From Laetmonice hystrix (taxonomy: Eukaryota): a stretch of 64,000 nt of DNA. Of this stretch, positions 11,125 through 31,298 are shown piece by piece (position 1 is the stretch's first letter; every line of letters begins with the position of its first letter). The DNA lies in contig OZ249439.1 of assembly GCA_965235115.1 (NCBI GenBank), positions 28,148,001 to 28,212,000 of the forward strand, in the 5' to 3' direction. Under the pieces are notes generated by a model that was given only the letters and a program-made list of their open reading frames with translations, made no database searches and was not told the DNA's origin. The position numbers and the translations under genes are program-made.

Positions 11125-12692
11125 ATGTCCAACCAGACCTCTCTGCCAGTCCCAGTGTACGGTTTGCCCGGCTACAGGTTCTACGTCCTTCATGTGACGG
11201 CCCTGGTGAGTCTGGCCATCAGTATCATAGTGAGTGCGGCCGTGGTGGTCCTCCTGCCACCTGTCGGCCGATCCTTCTGGTCCCGGACTATCGGCGAGCG
11301 ACTGGTCGTCTACCTGGCCGTCTGTGACCTCCTGTTCAGTGTCAGCCACTCCCTGGACCACATTCACATGGTGGCCGTCACCGGACACCCCCCGGACTGG
11401 GCATGCACGACGTACGCCTTCCTCGTGGCCACCTTTCTCCTCACCCAGGCGTTCATTGTTGACGTCATCGCCGTCAACGCTTGCCTTCTTGTCGTCACCA
11501 ACAGACGCTACTCATTCGGACGTTACGATTGCCGCCTCCTGGCGACTGTTGCTGTCCCAGCGGTGGCCATGGCCGTCAGCGCCGGGTTCGGACTGTTAGG
11601 TCCCAGCGGACCATGGTAAGTGGTTGCCGGTTTTTCGATTTCCGATTTTTTTCCGCCATTTTCTAGAAATGACATTGTATCCTCGGACGGAGTATAGATC
11701 TAGATCTAGGCCATATTTGCCACAAACACTATGGCAAAATTACGACTGGAGTCTTTACAGAAACATAGAGCGACCTGTTGTAGGCCTATCCAATCCGACG
11801 GAAATTTGACTTTGGACGGATGCATTCTATAATGTTAAACTTAAAAAAAACATTTGCCTAGTTAATAGAAATCTAGCAAGTAATAATAGATGGCGCTCAA
11901 AATGTAATGAACAATGTTTGCCACGCTAATATTTTTGAGTGTGTTGACGTCGAGATGACACCTATTCTGGGCTTGTTTTGTCGAGTTCAGGCGGCGACCA
12001 TGCAGAAACCCCAACATCATAAACGAGTGTGACTCAAATTGGGACAATGGGGAACCAACTTCACAACGTGAAATATGTCTGGAACCAAGGAAACTTGGAC
12101 GCTTTTTTATATCTCAACATAAATTTGACCTCCATGAACGTCCCGTCCCAAAGTGGGGAAAATGCCTGGAACGAAACATTAGAGTGAAACTCATCCGACC
12201 TGAAACTGTATTTTCTTGTACAGGTGCATCGTAAATATGCGGTCACCGTTCGGCAGAGCCTTCACCAACGTCATTTCGTCCGTCATGCTGATCACCATGG
12301 CGACCAACATGGTCTCTTACATCCTCGTGTGGTACAAACTCCGCCAGGTGGCAGCGCTAACGGTTCGGTCGGCGACCAGATACCACAACACGGCGCGCGT
12401 CATGACCGTCTTCGTGGCCGCCTACATCCTCCAGTGGTGTCCGTACGTAGTAGCGGCAGCGTGGAGACTCGTCCTCAAACACCCTCCTATCGTCATATTC
12501 AGTCTAGCCGTTTTCACCTGCAATATGGGTGGCGTGTTCAACGCTGTAGCCTACACCGTTCTCAGGAGGCGACTACAGCAGGGTGCCAACAGTGGCAACA
12601 CGTCTATGGGGACCAAGGCCAGCAGAACACGGGCCTCGAGCAATAACCGCGAGCTCAAGGACACACAAAACAGAGACACAGCCCTATACTAA
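11125..12692 (+). CDS. Orphan 7TM GPCR, cAMP-receptor/GPR157-like; exons 11125-11615 and 12224-12692; 319 aa
   Basis: TG|GTAAG donor and TACAG|G acceptor rebuild GPSGPW-CIV. Seven hydrophobic segments, ERLVVYLAVCDLLF (TM2), QWCPY (TM6), GGVFNAVAY (TM7), N-glycan site NQT, no DRY motif. Confidence 0.9.
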
Positions 12693-13625
12693 ATGGATTA
12701 TACAGTGACTTTAATCATGTCACCATTTTTCACATCTGGAAGAATGCAAAAAAGGAAGCTGTGCCCTTGCACCGAACTATTTATCCATAGAAATTACTGT
12801 GTAGGCCTACATCAATGGAGATAAACCCTATACAAAACTGTGAAATAAAATTGCATGCTGATGACACGGGAGCATGCACATCCTGGTAACAAAAATGATA
12901 TGTATACAGTTTGATGCAGTCTGACATAAGCAGAATTGTATCATTGGGTGAAAAGAAACTAAGTAGCCTATTTATTTACTATATTTAGGCCTACTTCTTA
13001 CAACTTTGGCAAAATTAACCAATACTGTTTGGAAAAAAGAATTACTTTACTAGGTCAAGACATATGCCAAGAACTTAAATTCACTTGGCAAGAAGAAAAT
13101 ACGGTTACTGTCTATATCTAGAAGTATTAGAGGCCTAATTTTAAACAACTGACCACCAAACGTACCCAACCTTAAATCTAGGTTATAGATAGTAAGTTAA
13201 GCCATTCTTGGAATTAACTTCACAAAATGCCTTGCCTCCGGCCAATAGAGACTGGCGATGGTGGTTTTTGAGATTTCAAGAAGGCACTAGTGGCAATCAT
13301 ATTGGAACTCCATCCACATACCATACAAGTATTAAATGTTCTCGCTTTTCTGTGTGTTGACATAATTTCATCGGTCTGGCTGCCCACTGCGCATGCGCCC
13401 ATCGACAGCTACTTCCGCTGGTCAAAATTACCCATCACCAGTCCTAACATAGCAGACGCGTCTGTTAGGCAGGATACCAGTTTACATTCACATTATGAAA
13501 TAAACGATTCATAGATACAATGGTATAAAAAGCTTTTTATTCATCTCACTTTCGTTAAACCAAATGTACAAGAATAATTCACACAAACTTCCTTGTCAAC
13601 CACTCACTCGCTCCTTTCAACCCCC

Positions 13626-20238
<6,613 letters not shown>

Positions 20239-21463
20239 TCACCCAGTCACTGCCAGTGGTGCAAGCTTACTCTATGTCCGTGTCTGGCGTCTCACTGACC
20301 CAGTGTCACGTAACTAGGTCACCAACCTAATACTCGGGACATCGATGCGATGTTTATGGTCCAGCAGTTTTCGCAGTGTTGATGGTCACTCAGTGGGTCT
20401 GGTGGAGAGACTGGGTCAGGAGAAGGACTTCTAAGGTTGTCTTTGTGTCGATATCAAGCTGTCGAGCGTCGATAGATCTCTTTTATTTCGGTGAGAGGCC
20501 TAACTCAACCTCAAAAGGCATAGACTCTAACTAGGCCTATACACTACATAGGCCTGTCCAGGGCATGCCTCGGAATGTGGCCCACTTTTCTTTATAGTTC
20601 AGAGGTGTTCTATAGATCTAGGCCTATTCGAACTCTGTAGGTTAACTTAGGCCTATATAGCCTATATAGGCCTAATAGGTTGCTTTTCTGATTCTTACAG
20701 TTAGGCCTAGGCCTATATTCTATCATATTTTCAAATGGTTCAACTCTGGGTCCAGTCCGTAAACCGGAGGACACCACCCCAGAGGATAATAAAAACGGGA
20801 GCTCTCGTCATGAATCGCCCTTCATCTTCAGGAGTGGTAAAGCGATGTAAGGAGCTGTAGGGCAGGTCACAAAAACTCGAAAAAGATTCTATATAGAGTC
20901 CTTTTAAAAGTCGATCCTTATAGACCTACAACGCCCAATCCCCCAGTTCTCAAGAATTGGGACAATAAAGAAAAGTACAGCAAAAAAGTGTTGGAGAAAA
21001 TTGCGTTCGAAACCCTCCAGGTGGCAGTGTTGTTTTGGCGTATCGCCATGCAGGGGTCACGAAGCAATGCCCCAATCGATCCAGTCTCGCATTACCGAGA
21101 CTGCAATCAATCGACCTTGCGTTACCGGACGATGACAGGGCCGTAGCCTGCGGGGAGGGGGGGGGCAGGGGTGGCCCCTGGGATTTCCAATTTTTAATTA
21201 TGATTGGGCCTGGATTCCCAACATTGACACTGGAATTGGCGCCTGGGACTTGCTCAGGAGGAACTAGTTGTAGCCTACTGGCACTGCGCCCCTCCCCCGT
21301 GTATATTTTGACCGGACTATATAGGCCCTAGATATGGCCCCGTATGAATAGCCTACACTGAAATCTTCTATATCTGTCCAACAATTAGATGTGTATGCGG
21401 TCAATCAAAGAAGATCTCTCCCTGACATATCTCAGGACCCTTTCTTAAATCCGTCGTGTTATA

Positions 21464-22322
21464 TCGGGTGGATAAAAAAAAAACGCCCCGAACTTTAAAC
21501 TCCAATATTTCAAAAAGTATTGATTGTAATTCAATGAAATTTTTCTTACTATCACTTCATGATGTTGTCTCTTAGTTGTTAATGTTATAACTCAATAGCT
21601 TGGATAATATTTCCGTAGCGCTAAAAACAAAAATCATTGTACAAAAGTGCAATGCCGGGCTTAAAGCGAGTGGTAGTCGCACCAGAGTCCCTGGCCTCAC
21701 ACTAGAGTAGGTGGTCAATCGGTCCCCCGTTTTCACTTCATACTGCTCTCAGTCTTTCCATGAGCCAATGCACTTCCTGATCTCTGATAGGGAATTATCT
21801 TCCCATTATTGGGAAATAAGCAGCGTTCTGAACGTGTTGCTAAACATGATAATGATACGATTTCCCTTAAACTTCTGGTTACATTATCGTCCTAATGCTG
21901 CAGTTTTTCTGTAGGGTTTGGCAAATTAAACATCTGGGTTTCTCTATAGAAGTACTAGGAATAGCACATGTATAATTTATTATATCTTGTGGTTCACAAC
22001 ATTTTACATATTGTAAAAAATGCAAAAACTAAATATTGAAAACTTTTTTACCCAAGGTACAATGCGGTGCATCAAACAGGTGTCAAATTGGACACCTGGC
22101 ACCTGCATGATATTTGACCTAATTCCGGCATTGTGTTTTTAGACACTGATTTTTGTTTTTAGCGCCACGGGATTAATATCAAACCTATTGAGCTGAAACT
22201 TTAACATACAAGAGATAATATCATAAAGTTATATTAGGAGAACTTAATTTTATTGAATTATAATGCAAAGTTATTGAAATATTAACGTTTAAAGTTCGGG
22301 GCGTTTTTTTTTATCCACCCGA
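21464..22322. mobile_element. Tc1/mariner-like non-autonomous element with long imperfect TIRs
   Basis: TCGGGTGGATA(n)CGCCCCGAACTTTAAAC and its reverse complement ending 22322; inner matches CGCTAAAAACAAAAATCA / TGATTTTTGTTTTTAGCG; TA next to both ends. Confidence 0.75.
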
Positions 22323-22345
22323 ATATTTCACCCCATCGAAGTTAA

Positions 22346-23219
22346 AGAGGGGGGGTCATAATCATGCCACTTTACTTGTAAGTTGGAATATATTTCACAA
22401 AAAACATCTTCTACGGATCCCCCAACATACACACCCTTACCAACCCCGCTGTGAGTGACGGGAGTGGGTAACATCATCCCCGTGCTGAAAACGCTCTGTT
22501 CGGCACCACTGAGTGCTCCACTGTGGTGGGTGACGTCACAAAATTGTAAACAGAGCCTGGAGCAGCAATAAGATAGGGTCATGGCATCTTCAGATTCAGA
22601 TAACTCCTTTTCTAATGATGAATCCAGTTATGAGATGGAAAATTTCTACGATTCTGGAAGTGGGATAGATGAGGAGGAGGAGGATGTTGGAGCAGAACAA
22701 GAGGTTTTGGGGTGGATGTATGAGCCACAGAGATGGGCATCTCCGAAGTGGTCAAGTGCTACACACATAGCCTAGAACCACCCCTTCTTGAGCTGTTATA
22801 AGTTCATCCACTTTCTCTTCAGGGTTTCCTCTTTTGGTATAGAGAAAAGAGACACCCCATCTGGACATGACTGGCTACAATACTTCAGACAACTAGCTTC
22901 ACCATTTTCTCTTGACAATCTTGTGGGCATGTAAGCCGGTGTCTTCACTGCGCTATCATAGTTGCTGATAGCGCGTGGCATGGCTTGGGTTGATCTGGGT
23001 CATATCCCATTACAAGTTTGTGACTCATATAATGATATGCAGTGTTGATGGACCTAGATCGGGTCGTTTGGGAAAGGGGTGAGGAATGCCACTTAGAGTG
23101 TCCCTATAAAATATGTTTTCTTTGTACACCGGCACTTATATTCAGGAATTGGGCTCGAAACTATTCTATTTCAATGATATTTAATGGAAACAACTTAAAA
23201 TTATTATGACCCCCCCTCT
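22346..23219. mobile_element. Kolobok-type internally deleted DNA transposon (874 bp)
   Basis: TTAA TSD (22342-45, 23220-23); perfect 17-bp TIR AGAGGGGGGGTCATAAT; THAP-like stub on minus (MPTR..CSQSCPDGVSLFSIPKEETLKRKW, 22796-22981) and acidic ..WMYEP stub on plus (22581-22775). Confidence 0.8.
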
Positions 23220-24329
23220 TTAAGGCCGCCGATTTTACTCCTAGTTCAAAAAGTAAACACCAGGTGGCGCCACATTAATGTCCGCGATCGTTGGAGGTGC
23301 ACGAGATATGGAATGTCATTCAAGGTTGGCAATTTCAGTGGACTTTCAGAAATGTTTGTCAGTCTGTCATAGGAGTGGGCCTCTATCATTCCTGGACAGC
23401 TAGGCCTATAGCTAGTACTAGAATCAAAGATCAAATAACACTATAACTTACTCTTAAAAGCATGGACACACGTCCTGGGAACTTAAGTAGGCCTATATAG
23501 GACAATAAACAAGGCAGTGGTCGCCCGTTTTGGCCTTTAACGTCCTCTCGATCCCTATTATAAAGCCGATCGACCTGAATTGATCGAGCGCCCGTGTCGA
23601 AAGCAACAAATAGTTCTGATTTACATTGGCAGATGGCGCGTCAAGCGTTTGCAAATGAGCGTAAACATTGCGCAAATCGTAAGGTCGTGTTACTATTAGG
23701 TCCATATAATTGTCATTAATATGCCCATTTTAATTCCATCCCATCTGCATGAGCAACAGTGTAGATCAAAACATAATTGTACCCTGCGATAGGTTTTGAA
23801 GTTGTCAAATGTGGTTATACAGTAGGCCTACACGACTAGGCCAAAGGGAATCGCCAGGGAATTCTTCAGACTGGGGTATCCACAACTACGTTTTGTACAT
23901 CACAGAACCGTTCCCGCGCGCACAACATTTCGGGGCTGAGGCTGGGGCAGACACCTCCTCTGATTCTGGGCCTGAGAGCATGCCCCTGCCCCTTCCCCTG
24001 CCCCTCCCCCCTTGAATTGGCACCTCTATTCATAGGCCGAATCGCTGCACTTCCCGCTCTGGAGGCTAGCCGCAGTAGCACCAACTAGCCTACATGTCAC
24101 ACGTGGAGGTAGGCCGAGGCCCCCGGTTGAACTACGTGACAAGAAAACAAGGCTATAAAGCCGCCCTGTCGTGTTTACACTGGTCAGTCCTCCATCCATG
24201 TAACCTCTAAGGATAAACATAACTATAGACAAGTCCTTGCCACGGCACAGTTCTCCCTGAACGTCCCACAATGAGAGACCCATTCGATTGGTTCGCTGGT
24301 CCTCCGACTGATCTTAGCAGAGGGTTTTC

Positions 24330-24580
24330 AGCCAATCAGAGGCCTTCCTGCACGTGCTAATGTTGTTTTGCTGTCGAGTTCTTGGAAATGAGGCCAATAC
24401 AGGGTGACGTCATTTCATGTGACGTCAGCTACAATGTCCAATAGCAGAACGTGTTGCTTGGCGCGCACAGCTGAGGGACACCCATGGAAAGTTCTCGTGG
24501 GCAGCCGACATTTCCACGTGGCCTTGATTTCGATAGGCCCCTTTGGATGTTGACCTTTTCAAAATGGCTTATAAACACAA
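24330..24580 (+). promoter_or_regulatory. Probable KLF5 promoter
   Basis: CCAAT boxes near 24331 and 24394, two full CRE palindromes TGACGTCA (24405-24412, 24420-24427), CCACGTGG near 24515, TTATAAA near 24569; CpG-rich, 0.4-0.6 kb upstream of the ATG. Confidence 0.55.
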
Positions 24581-24948
24581 CTAAATCCCAAACGGCAGGG
24601 AAGTAAAAGATACATGAAAACCATCTCGTTCTATGCTAACTCAACGATCGCGGGGTCGTACAGTGCAGACGATCAGGTAGCGGGAAAATTTGAGTCATAA
24701 CTGTGCGATATGTTTATCTAGGTCGACCCAGTTTTCAGCCATACAGCGCCCAAGGGGTCAACTTGCATGGTCGGAATGCATAAATTAGGGCCGCGTTCGC
24801 GCAACGCTTCATTCACAAAACTACAGTCACGCTAGGAACAAGTGAGCGCTAAGCTACCCACTCGGAGACCCTACTTTGAATCTATTTAGACGGTAGAACC
24901 GTACGTACAGCAAGTGAGACAGCAACACAATCGCATCTTCATCGTCCG

Positions 24949-27900
24949 ATGGCTGAAACTTTGTGTTTTACAAGTGTTCCGAATGAACCCGAGTTCTTCG
25001 ATCAAATCGTTCCAGACCAAGACACCGTCTTCCGCCCCCCTCGAGAAGGGGGCCAGCATTGGATAACTTCAGTTTTTGCAGAAGTAAGTTCAAGTTTTGC
25101 TGTCATAGATCTTCACATGGACTATTTCAGAACTTTCAGTGTGGTGTTCAACTATACATTAATAGGCTACAACTTTTACCGGCACCGATCGATACTTGAT
25201 CGAGGATGTGTGAGCTTGTTTACTTATTTGAAAAAGGCAAAAATCAAAGCCCAGTGGCCGTACGCTGACCACATGGTCGGGGGGTTACTCTTACGGGAGG
25301 AGCGGGATCGGCAGTTGTTGTCGTACGTGACCGTTGACTGGCCGTACGGACTAATGTACAGGATCTACACTGACTCCGGCACGGCCACTCGACCGGGATT
25401 CCCAGTCGGGCTAGGCTTATAATGACTTAATTAACTCACAGTTTCACAACTCGGATTATTACGTAAGATTGTTAGAGAAGAACGGTGGACCCTTATAATT
25501 TATCAGTTCTTATTTTAGAAAGGGATTATCTCTTATACAGAGGCATGATTGGCACTTAGATTTTTATTGATTTAACCGCCAAAGTTTTATAGTTCAAAAT
25601 AATGTGGCAACAACTTAAACTTTTAGAAAATATTTGTCTATTCAGTGGCGGATCCGGGATTTTTTTTTCAAGTGGAGGGCCACAGCTGTGTGGGTGGATG
25701 GGCAAGGGTAAGCTCAACTCAATACTTAGTATGGAGGGGCCAAGCAGCTTTTGAAAAATTTCGGGGGGAGGGGGGCTATGCGCCCCCCCTCCCTCCTCCA
25801 CTGCCTATGACAAATGTTGATGGAGAAAAAGCGCAGCGATGGTATTCGGATCCCAAGTCAGGCAGGTCTGATCCGGCTTTATAGCAGTCGACCCAACTAC
25901 GTCATTGACACATATCGTTTGCACTCACGCATGGGTGGATAAGTACATCGTGCGCAATCGGGTGACATTGCCGTCCTGGCGCTACCATAAAGTATGCGGC
26001 GTTCGACTACTCCGCACTGAAAAGTAGTCCCTCACTTCTTGCCCGATTCTAGAGGGATCCGAACCTTCCCAGAGTCATCAATCGCTTTCGGCCTGTAAAG
26101 GGACTGAAATCAAAGTGATGGGAAGTTGACCGGGCAGAATTCCTGTTTGCCCTCTGATCTAGAACAGCGTCCCGTTAAATCAGACGTAGTGATACCACCC
26201 GGTGCTCGGTAAACACGAGTGCGCAGTGGTGTTGGCGACCTGCCAAAAGCTTTTCATTCACAGAGCGCCGTTACGTGCGTCATCACAAGTTCGGAGCAGA
26301 CGTATCGCGTACACTACTGGGTCTAGAGGCTTCACAGTGCAGTCATTCGGCCAATGCCAGGAGCAACTCCCCCCCCCCCCCCTTCCCCTGTTAAATCAAG
26401 ATAAGATAAGACTCCATAGACTTTCCTTTGTCAATGTCATTAGGTACGGCGTATTTTGATAGTGATAGTGGTCATTTTCATTACTAACACATTATGCAAT
26501 GTTTGGGTTTAGACCTACAGATCATGAAAGGAACTATAATTTACCAATGACTAATGCAATCTAAATAGATCACTTTAATCAATGATATAGCCTAATAGAA
26601 AACCTTGGTAAAGATATCTTTCTTTCACCCATGGTTTTCCTTGCGATTTTTTTTGCGACTCAGACTTTATTCACTTCACGGAAGGGAAATTCTGAAAATT
26701 GGTTCCTTTTTATCTAAAAAAAAGAGCAGTGATGCTTAATTTTCTTCTAACTTAAAATGAAAATTAGGAAAGAAACTCCCTGCAGGAATATCGCAAGGGG
26801 ACTCTGGTCCGAGATGCTCTTGGTCCAGTTTTTTTGTTTACTCTTCCACTGTGAGCAAGGGTGAATATGAGCTCATGCTCACTGTTTTGCTCCCCGTTTT
26901 CGTTTTTTCTCGTTTTTATCCGTGAGCTTGCTCACAATGAGCCCGCCTCCCGGGGAAAAAAAACAAAAAAAACATGAAAACGGTAGATACAGGGCTTCTC
27001 GGAGTATAGGAGTGATCAGAAGTGGATCCTGTTCTTGAGTACGGGTGACTATTACATCAATGCGGTTGACCTAGTTGCCCTGGGGTCCGTTCCACTAACG
27101 AAAGACGTCTTTTATAAGCAAAGACGTCTTTGGAAAGACGTCTTTGCGGGGCCAATGTTATAGGAGCTTACAAAAAAACACCCGTCGCCACAAAGACCTC
27201 TTTGGGCTCAGCGACCATTTCAAAGACATCTTTCGGGCTTAGTGGAACAGACCCCTGATTATTTACGTGTAGCCCCGTTTACATGTTATGTTTGTTTTTA
27301 TTCGGGTTTCTCAGGTAAACGACAACCTCGATCCGTTCAGTGCCCACAAGCCCCGCCAGCCGGCCACCCCGGCTGTGCGGCCCGCTGCCACCAAGCCGTC
27401 CCGTCGGGTCAGCTTGTCCGTCGTCGACGAGTTCTTCGGCGACGTTGGCCAGGACCTGTCCATGGAAACTTCCTACACGGCCAATGTGCAGTTCTTGCCC
27501 GACTCGGTGACTCGCCGCGTTTCGGACAGTGGTCCAAATGACGCACCTTCGGTTCTTACGAAGGTAATGTCTCCCGGTTCCCAGCAGACGGGAATCGGCA
27601 ACCAGCAGAGCTTCATCGACAAAGATGCTGATCTCAGCAGCGTCCTGGCGAGCCTCAGCAACCGCCGAGGCAGTGTCAGCATCACCATGGAAGATTTGTT
27701 CCCGCCCATGTCAGAGCCTGCTCCCCAGCAGGTGACGTCCAAGTTCAGTGTGCCATCTTTCAGCAGCGCCCTTCATGGTAATGGAGGGGTGAACATGAAT
27801 GGGGTGCAGCAGGGTGACAATCAGGTGCCCTCATTGACTACCAACCTCTCCGACCAGCTGTGGTTCGACCTCACCTGTGTCGGAGAGGCAGTAAAAATGG

Positions 27901-30900
27901 ACAGTCAGCCAAGTGATGCACTACGGACTAACATGTCGGTTCCCACTGGGGGGTTGGGGAGCATTGAGATTGAAACCACGCCGTCAGCTGTGATCAAGCT
28001 GGAGCCGCTGGGTAGCGACCAGCCGTCCTGTGGCCACCCATTGAGTATCTCCATGTGCAATGAACAGACCCTGAATCCTCCTGTCTTCATCAAAACCGAG
28101 GGTCAGGACCGTTTCGGCAGCTCCTGCAGCCACGTGCCAACTTCCAGTGCGGCGGCCTTTGGTCCCGTACGTCCTTCCTTTCTCCCTCTTCAGCAACAGC
28201 AGCAGCAGCAGCAGCATCCCATGTCGACCCATTCCAGGGCCATGTCACCACCCCAGGGGATGCACCTTACCCAGCTTACCCCACAGCACAGTCCCGGCCA
28301 ACAGGTGCCCCAGCACCCCAGCCTGCCGCCTGTTGGCTCCGTGCTGCCCCTAACCCCGCCCAACTCCCAACCCTGCTCCCCGGAAGGTCAGCAGCACCCC
28401 CAGCATCAGCGCCCGGACACCCCGGCGACGAATTCCACCAGCACCACCCCGAACACCACTCCCAGTACCACCCCGGTCAGGAAGACCCCACCCCCTCCAC
28501 CTTACCCCGGGGCCGCCCGCCCACCTCTCCTCCCGGTGCCCGTCACCCTCAACTGTCTGTCACCCACCACCCCGACCCTGCAGCACATCGTGCCGATCAG
28601 CGTGACGTCCACCCACCGGCCTCTGCTGCCCAATACACACCAGAAAATGCACAGGAACACCCATCCAGGCTGTACCACCATCCGCTACAACCGCAAGAAC
28701 AACCCCGAACTGGAGAAGAGACGAGTGCACTTCTGTGATTTCCCTAGTAAGTCCATCTTCCTTTCTGAACTGTCACTCCAAAGAAACGTTCAGGATCGTT
28801 GTATTATTTGTCACACAAAAAGATGATTAAGATCGTTATCATGCAATTTTGAATTAAAATTCGAAGATAATGTTGTTTTGCTGACATCTGAAACACTTCA
28901 CTGTTTCTGATTGAAAAGTTTTGCTGGCTTAAAATTTTTCAGTATAATATTTTTATGTGTGAATTGTGTCTGAATGTTAATTTAGACTGTCAGCGTAACA
29001 CTTTGACAGTAATTAATCACTTAAAATAACACACTGGCACTTTATTAATTATACAGAGCATGTTATATAGTTTAATATCATAAATATTGTAACTAGTAAC
29101 TATCAATGCATGCACACTTGTATATGAATATTTTGTGTGCCGATGTTACTACATGATATACAGATGTTTTGTTGTGTCTACATGACTGGGTGCTATCGAT
29201 AACTTGTATCCACTTAACATGTATATGAAAATTATCTTGGGTAGCCTGCCCAGGCTTAATTTCTCATCTCGAGTCATCAAGGTACAATACCTAATTATCC
29301 ATTTAGAAAGAATTGCCCGCAAAGCCTAGGGCAGTTTTAATTAATACATACATGTGTATATTGATTGCTCGTAAAAAAGTAACGAGCCTGTGTGGATCCC
29401 ATGACCTGAACCACCAAATATCTCTCCTGTTTATAGGAGATCCGTGTCTTCATGGCCAAGTGACATGAAACTGTCGGTGTAAATGTACAACTAAACATTT
29501 CGGTCGAAATAATCATGGTTAGAAAATAGATTAATGACTGTTAATGTTGTTTGTATAAAGGCAATTATAACTTCCTCTCGTTAATTGTTCTTTTTTCATA
29601 TTTATGACAAATTAGATTTAAAATGATATGATGCACTCATTATAGACATATACGCATATTTTTTCTATTTATAGAGCTGTTTTGTAAAGTAGAGAAAAGT
29701 GGTAAGACATGTAGGGGATGGATTGGAATGTAAGACGGTTATGGAAGGGAGATGGAATGCTGGTAGTTGTAGGGGCAGTAGGGAGAAACCTGCCAACACA
29801 ACACCTACAACTCGAGATGGAGGGGATTCCCCGCTAAATTCCTGCCCCCTGTGTACACTTCGTCTGTGTGGCAAGCGGCCCACCGTCACTATATTTTACT
29901 GGGCCGCTGTTGGCTCTCTCAACCGCAAATATGTTCCCAAAAATAACGCGGGACGGCCAAACCAGCCGTTGGCGCCAAATTCCACCCGGAGGGGGCGTGG
30001 GGGGGAGATAGGTGGTTCAGGGTTACTGTGCATGGCAGGGGCAAATGTTGGTCACGTCGGATGTGACGATTACCATGTTCACACGTGTCCGAACTGGCGA
30101 TGGGGGCAAAAGATCCGCACTGATAAATAGAATTCACATGTTAATCCGAAAACCCGGCTTGGAGGTTTTCTCTTTCGTTCGTGTCCCTCCCCCATTTAAT
30201 CTTCTATCTCAAAGCGCTGACAGTCATGAAAGATAAAAGTGTTTTGAGCTCATGGACCAGCACCGCCACCATGCTGACCAGGCGAAATTTGAATATGTTT
30301 ATGATAAGCCCATGCTCCTGTAGACACAATAACTGAACATGGCCGCAGTGCGGCTCCACTGTACGTCTATAATTTATACTTATATAGCATTACTTATTTC
30401 TCCACTTTTTGTCCTTGCAGTGTGCCATAAAGCGTACACCAAGAGCAGTCATTTGAAGGCGCACCAGCGTATCCACACAGGTAAGGAGACTTCGAGTTTC
30501 TCTTTCTCTTTTTCTATTTACCTAAACGGTGAAAGTCGATCAGGCCCACAGGTCCATGGGTGCCCGGATGTTTGCACTCACTGAAAGCGACTCAATCATC
30601 TGCTTTTCATTTTTATTGCCCAATTTGCTAGATCCTGCTTCTATAATTTAGGATATCTTAGAATTTTTTCGTGTTTGCGTAGCTTTTATGATACACAGCC
30701 CATGTTCTGTCTGGGTGTGATGCTGTAGCTCTATCACTCAGTAATTAAACATACAAGTTGGGTATCATGGCTATAATGTTTTATGACTGATCTAGTATGT
30801 GATCCGTATCATATGTTTGTGTGCGGTACGTGGATCCAATGTTCTAGTCGTGACATGTTTAGAACATGAAAACTTAATTGCCATCATTGTAACATGAGTA

Positions 30901-31298
30901 AAACTGTCAGTCTCCTAATCTCTCATGAGAACCCCCTATGGTCGCACTTCGGCTTTACGTTTGGCGGTTTGAAGAGGTCGAGGGGCTGGTTCAGTTGTGG
31001 AGAATTCATTGGAATGCATCGATCACTTATCGAGATTGTTTATATTTATCTTTGGCCTGCTCAAACATGAAGGACCTGAGTTAACTTTTTTTAATGGTTA
31101 TGTGTTGCAGGGGAGAAGCCTTACCTTTGCCACTTCTCGGCGTGTCAGTGGAGGTTCGCTCGCTCTGACGAGTTGACGCGTCACATCCGCAAGCACACCG
31201 GAGCTAAACCTTTCAAATGTAACGTCTGCGAACGCAGCTTCGCCCGCTCCGACCACCTCGCACTTCACATGAAACGCCACGAGCCCAAAAACAAGTGA
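24949..31298 (+). CDS. KLF5: Kruppel-like factor 5 orthologue, 604 aa; exons 24949-25083, 27315-28746, 30421-30480, 31111-31298
   Basis: [104 protein letters not shown]. RYNRxxNPxLEKRR linker, [15 protein letters not shown] and PPPY motifs are KLF5-type; 60-nt exon 3; all junctions GT-AG and in phase. Confidence 0.93.
27083..27254. mobile_element. Harbinger-type MITE in KLF5 intron 1 (same family as 40368-40538)
   Basis: TIR GGGTCCGTTCCACTAA / TTAGTGGAACAGACCC, internal AAAGACGTCTTT palindromes, TSD CTG/CTG; ends 60 nt before the exon-2 acceptor. Confidence 0.9.

Noticed and set aside
24949-25422. 157-aa stand-alone ORF
   Set aside because: Only the first 45 codons are KLF5 exon 1 (GAA|GTAAGT); the rest is intron read-through ending in a stop.
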